Shown: positions 58,782-64,000 of the stretch, one piece after another
Numbering within the stretch: the stretch's first letter is position 1
Layout of the letters: each line of letters starts with the position of its first letter
From: Zancudomyces culisetae HAW-14-8
Lineage: Eukaryota > Fungi > Kickxellomycota
NCBI GenBank assembly: GCA_052426225.1
Contig: JBNJNM010000008.1
Location: forward strand, 1,798,001-1,862,000
Length of the DNA stretch: 64,000 bases
Reading direction: 5' to 3'
Notes under the pieces: generated by a model
What the model saw: only the letters and a program-made list of their open reading frames with translations
What the model was told of the DNA's origin: nothing
The model's database searches: none
Translations under genes and position numbers: made by a program

Positions 58782-61700
58782 TCAGAGTATTCGGTTGCAC
58801 TGAATACGCCATCTTTTAAGGTAGTTGACACTTTCACATTCGCTCCTGGTTATTACCATTCCGTAGATCATTGGTCCAAGTTTATAGTAAAACCAAAAAG
58901 AAAGTGCCCCAAGCACCACCAGAGTAAAGATTTTTAGCGTTTTTTGTCTATCCTTGAATAGGTAGTCCATCATTACGGCAGTTGTGAGGATTCCAAACCA
59001 GAGGGAAATCGAGTAGCTTTGTAGAAACAACTCTCTTTTGAACGGGATATATAGTGCCCAATTTAGTAACCAACCAAGACTAAAAGTAAACAAGTAATTG
59101 CTCTTGGACCAGGCTGTACCAGACCTACAAAAGACGTTTCCTAATAATATAGTATTGAAAAAAAATTACAAATCGGCTGTGATGCAGCTATGACATTTGT
59201 ATTTGGTTGAAAGTGTCAGTGAAATTCAACATGTAATTTTTACATACCTTTGTTCGTTTTTTCGGAATAAAGTTTTACTAATGTCTGCTTTGTGTAGACT
59301 AAGATTGCAAGCAAGCACATTGCCGTGGTTATCAAGGTTATTGCTAGATTGTACACTACAACAATCATTCCGTTGTTTCTGGGTCGCTCCCAAAGTGGAA
59401 CTGCCTTTCCCCTGGCCAATAACCATTCATATGGTCGAGAGGCTTTGTGGTGACCTATTCTATCTATCGGTGCCCAGCGCATAATGTTACTTATTGTGGC
59501 GATTATTCTTTCTGGAAGGCTCATGGGTCGAATAGAGCTTCTCTCTAGGTTAGTGCCTTTGGGTTCTAATTACATGAAAGATTTTAAATAGAATATGTTA
59601 AGTTTCAACCAGTTGTGTTTATCAGTAAGAAAAAAAACATGATTCAAATCTGTTACCGTTTTTAAGTTTGTGTCCAAAGATTCTCCATTCTACTCTTCTT
59701 GTTTTTCTATTGCAAAACACAACCTTTACACCAAACACATTCAGGTTGTCTAGATAACAATTATATTTTTTGTTGTAGAGATAAAAGTATGTGTTGTAGC
59801 TTGTTAGGTGTGGCTTGGTCTGCCCTATACTAATATCTGATCTGCTGATTATAATGCTAAACTTGAAGTCCCCTTTATCAATGATCTTTGAGTTTGTCCT
59901 ATTGTTGAATTGTAATATCCTATTAATCACATTTACATTAAACTAGAATGTGAGGGTAGTAAAAAACACTTACATTACATCACCATGTGTATCATCATTA
60001 ACACCTGGTGTAGTTTGCTTTAGAACCTCCACATACTCCTTGGTGTCATGATGTTTTAGATATATTTCTGTACCGTTTGTAAGAAGCTCTGTATCTCTAC
60101 GAGCTTCAACAGGTCTTACTTCCCACTCTGTATTATTATCATTTTCTCGCTTGATCCAAACTCGTTGACCTTTTCAAGTAAAATAAGATAAATCATCGCT
60201 TTTAAAAAGTATTGAAATAAAAACTAGTGTATGGATTATTTTTAAACTTTTATTCAGCTTTCTGACTCCCTTTTTTTTAAAAAAACGGTAAAAGTAAATG
60301 AGTACACAAGTAGTTACCTCTCTTTACTATTGCAGCTGGATCTTGTTTAAAGGAATATAAATATCCTGAATACATATCTGATGCCAGTATCTTCACTATT
60401 GAACCCATTTTTATATCTATCATTGGAAAGCAATGGTATTTAAGAAATGCTGGCTGTGTTATCTTTGCAAATAATATATGTAGCTTTTGTTTGAATGCTA
60501 TTAAGTATGTTTTACATGTCTATATAAAAAAATATGCATACCTTTAGGTATTTGTGGATAAACTCTAGGACTATTGTTAAGTACAGAAAACGATTCTTCA
60601 AATTCTGGCGAAAGCATATAGTCCTTTGGACCCGGGTTGTTTAAGAACGAGACGTGTATGCTTATTACTGATACCAAAAACATTAAAGACAAACTCCACA
60701 ACGAGAAAACGGTTTTCAACATCCCCCTTTTTATCTACATTTACATGGAAATTGTAAGAACGTGATTCACATTGTATTATTGCTTAGATTTTGTTTATAT
60801 ATTTGTCTTCATACTTACAGATTTCTTGAGATCCTCCTTGTCTTTATCCTGATCGAATCGTACACTCTTTTGTTTGCTTGTTGACACTACTATTCCGTCG
60901 ATTGTGATAAAAATAAGCGTGATAACACCAGAAAGCTGACAGCTGTTTGTTTATGGCAAAGTCATTAGCAAAATATTAGTAAAGCGTATTTAACTCCAGG
61001 TTTTTAACTAGTTGTGTGCTAGCAAAAGTAATAATAGTCAATGATATCTTTACCTTATTAAAAAGCTTATACTACTGGCACAGAGAAGGAGCTTATAAAC
61101 ACTAAAAATAATATTCAAATATTGGTTTAAAAAAGCAAACAAAGAATATAAATAAATGCAAGAGCTGCAATAAGTATCTGCGACTCTTACCTAATACTTT
61201 TATTATCTTTGAGATCATTTCGAAGAGATATCCACGAGACAGTGGAAGTACATGCCATCAGTAAAACAAAGGCATCAGATGACATATTTCGTGACGATAC
61301 GACCATGATCGAGTCTATTTTATTTTATGTTTGATTTGTAGTACAATATGACGGCTCTACATGACCCTACAAAACAAACTCGCTAAATGTATGGCGGCAG
61401 CATACTAACTACCAAAGATATCAAAGCACTTAAAAGACTTACCTATTAGAACCCAAAAGGCACCAAATACTGATGATGTTTTTGATATTTTTAATTTTCG
61501 TAAAAACAGATATGTCAGCATAACACACAAACTCCCGAAAACCACATTAATCCCGCGCAAAACCTGATATGGAAAATCTTTTGGAATTTCCCTAAAAGTA
61601 GCAAATTGAGATATTTATTGTTAATAGCTTAGTGTTTGTTAGGGTTGATGTTCGGATTATATTTATAGTATCAAAAACATTGTAGTGTTTGGCATCGTGT

Positions 61701-62268
61701 TTACAAGACAACATTATAATAAACTTACAACCCAATTTCGCTGGTATTCAATTTTCCAGTGTAACCATAATAGTGAGCTATGACTGACTGAATCATTGTG
61801 TAAAACTGTGGTATTAGATTGAAGTAATGGATCCTGTTTACATAGTTTCCAACGTTTGATAGAACATGCACCTCGTCAAAGCTAGGTATGAATGTATTTA
61901 TCCTAATTAGTAACTGTTCTACTATTCGGCATATAGAAAAAATAATAGGAAAGTTTTTCTTACATTAGCCCCGATGGAAATGAAACCCCCTTTATCCGAA
62001 TATTGTAACACAGTACCTGTAGTGCTCCTAGGATTACGAAATCTACAGAATCCAAGTAACCAAAAAGTTTTACCCCGTCATACTGCAAGTTGTTTCCAGC
62101 ATCTACATCTACATCCACATCCTCTATTTCTCCTTTTTTATTCGGTTTTTTATGGTCGGACTTTGTGCTCAAGCTTTTGTCAACGATAAAAGCTGATTTT
62201 ACTTTTTCGGTCGATTTCGCCCGTGCTTTTGTGGTATTTTCCTTTTTCACACTTTTCAACCTTGTCAT
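58782..62268 (-). CDS. Divergent protein O-mannosyltransferase (PMT/GT39-like), many introns
   Basis: FDEVH, PYQVLRGINVVFGSL, MIR-like GSIVKIL..YLYS and LTNGTEIYLKHHDT, SRPYEWL, PMIYG..C..LKRW; multiple hydrophobic segments. Confidence 0.8.
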
Positions 62269-64000
62269 TTCCAAACTTGATTTATCTTTGAACTTAACTG
62301 TGTACTTGAAAAGATAATATTTGAAAAAAACAAAAAACAAAAAACAAAAGGGAATACTCTAGTACACAACAAAAAACGATGGTTTAAAAGAAAAAAGGTG
62401 GTGGGGTCTTTTGTTCACTTGGTTTTTTGATATGATCGTGTAACAATAAGCAGGTGCGGGCGAGCGTGTGGTCAAGAAGTTAATATGGGGCTCAAGTAAC
62501 TCCCAAAAAAAAGCGTTTTACCAGTTGGGCAGCAGTGGTACCGCCTTGCTACTTTCTAGAAGTATTTTGCGCTGATTGTACCTGAGGTATCTTGTTTTTT
62601 AAATACTGTTATACCATGAGTGATCCAAAATATCGATGGTTAACCAGCTATCACATCATGCTCTTAAAACAAATTAAAAAGTTAACTTTTCTCAGAAAAA
62701 CACCAACCCTCGTTCATCAATACTAATGATTCGAGGATAGAACAAAATCTTTCTCCCCCATCCCCACCTGCACGCGCTGAGATTTTACTAGCGAAATGTT
62801 ATTTGCTTTTCTTTTTACACTCGGTTTATGGAGGGATGGTGATTGGTTAAATAGTAAGTGGTGCGTTTTAGTTGGAACAAATATTGCAGATAGATATATT
62901 GAAAAAAAGTAGTAGTCGATAAAAAAAAAGGACTTTATTTTATTTTTGTAATAGTAGACTTCACCATGTAGGAAGTTGATAATTGAACTCAGTAACGGTA
63001 GAAATAAAATAGTTAAAATTTAGAGGACATCATCACGGCCATGAAAAAAAAGAGAGAATCTGTTTCTAACTCTAATTGCGGGTATATTTGCTAAAAGTTT
63101 GTAGTTTTTTTTCCTGAGAGATCACCTAGGATGCGGTATATCTGAATGATGTCTAAATTTTGAATATATCTTTACACGTACACGTACACATATTTCATTC
63201 AGTTTTACAAGAATTTCGGTATCATTTATAATAATTTCGAACATCAGCTACCAAATTGTGTTGTAAAAAAATTCCCTTCCCTCCAAAAAAAACGCCACCA
63301 TTCACATTTCGATCAATGGCTGTGCATAAGCATGAGGCGACCGAGCCAAATTAAGCCCTCAAAATCTACAGACTGTAATCATTTGCGTTTATGCACACAA
63401 TTAGTACAAAAACGACAATACTAGCATCCTCGTGCCTCCGCCCCCGTTCACACCTGCGCCACGCTCATAACTTTAGAGATTGTTTGGTTTATGCTATTGA
63501 AGAGAGTGGGTTCGAAATAGAAATTAGCCTTGTAGAATAATCTATATAATTTTTAAATTAAAAAGCCGCAACTTCTATCTCAGTTTGGTTTGGTCCATTT
63601 ATATGACAGCCTAATATAAGGCGGATCAAACTGAGTGACTAGCCAATATTTAAAGTGTCGTCCAGTAAAGGATTTCTAGCAATTTAATAACCGAAAAGTG
63701 GATAAAGTGGAGCACTAAAATGTCTGGAGACAGAATGCCACATATATTTTGTTGCACTGTTCGCTTTCCAGATGAGTGGTAACTATGCGCTAGAAGCAGA
63801 AAACCGCGTACTAGCAGAAAAACACGACAATGCGTACAATTATAGTAAATACTTTGACTTGTTTTTTTTTCCTTGCACGTTTTTTTTACGCCATCGTTCA
63901 AAAAATTAACTTTAACTTAACAAAAGGATAGTAGGAAATATAAAAATAGTTTAAAGATAGTATGGGTTGACTCTGTTTTCATTTTCCGTTTGTTTTTCGC

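Overview
AT-rich, intron-containing eukaryotic DNA; the gene content looks fungal, possibly an early-diverging lineage (inference only). Housekeeping genes: RTF1, PRI2, NCB2, two TesB-like acyl-CoA thioesterases, DJ-1, CTF8, SAC3, COX10, an F-BAR RhoGAP, CNS1 and a divergent PMT. Also present are a putative eIF4E-binding protein and a trypsin-fold pseudoprotease. The centre (19.5-36.6 kb) is a retroelement nest: a degenerate chromovirus-type Ty3/Gypsy element (A) with mismatched LTRs, an intact young Ty3/Gypsy element (B), three solo LTRs and a decayed L1/Tx1-like LINE. The nest sits between two copies of a ~2.3-kb segment that are nearly identical except for one small ORF, only ~56% identical at protein level. 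Main leads: (1) this divergent ORF pair inside homogenised flanks; (2) a tRNA-headed, apparently pseudoknotted Pol III-type module in the 3' non-coding region of element B; (3) an unassigned structured RNA candidate at 54.25-54.5 kb; (4) Tf1-like 11-nt self-priming signals and -1 frameshift cassettes in both Gypsy families. All alignments, counts and base-pairings were done by eye.
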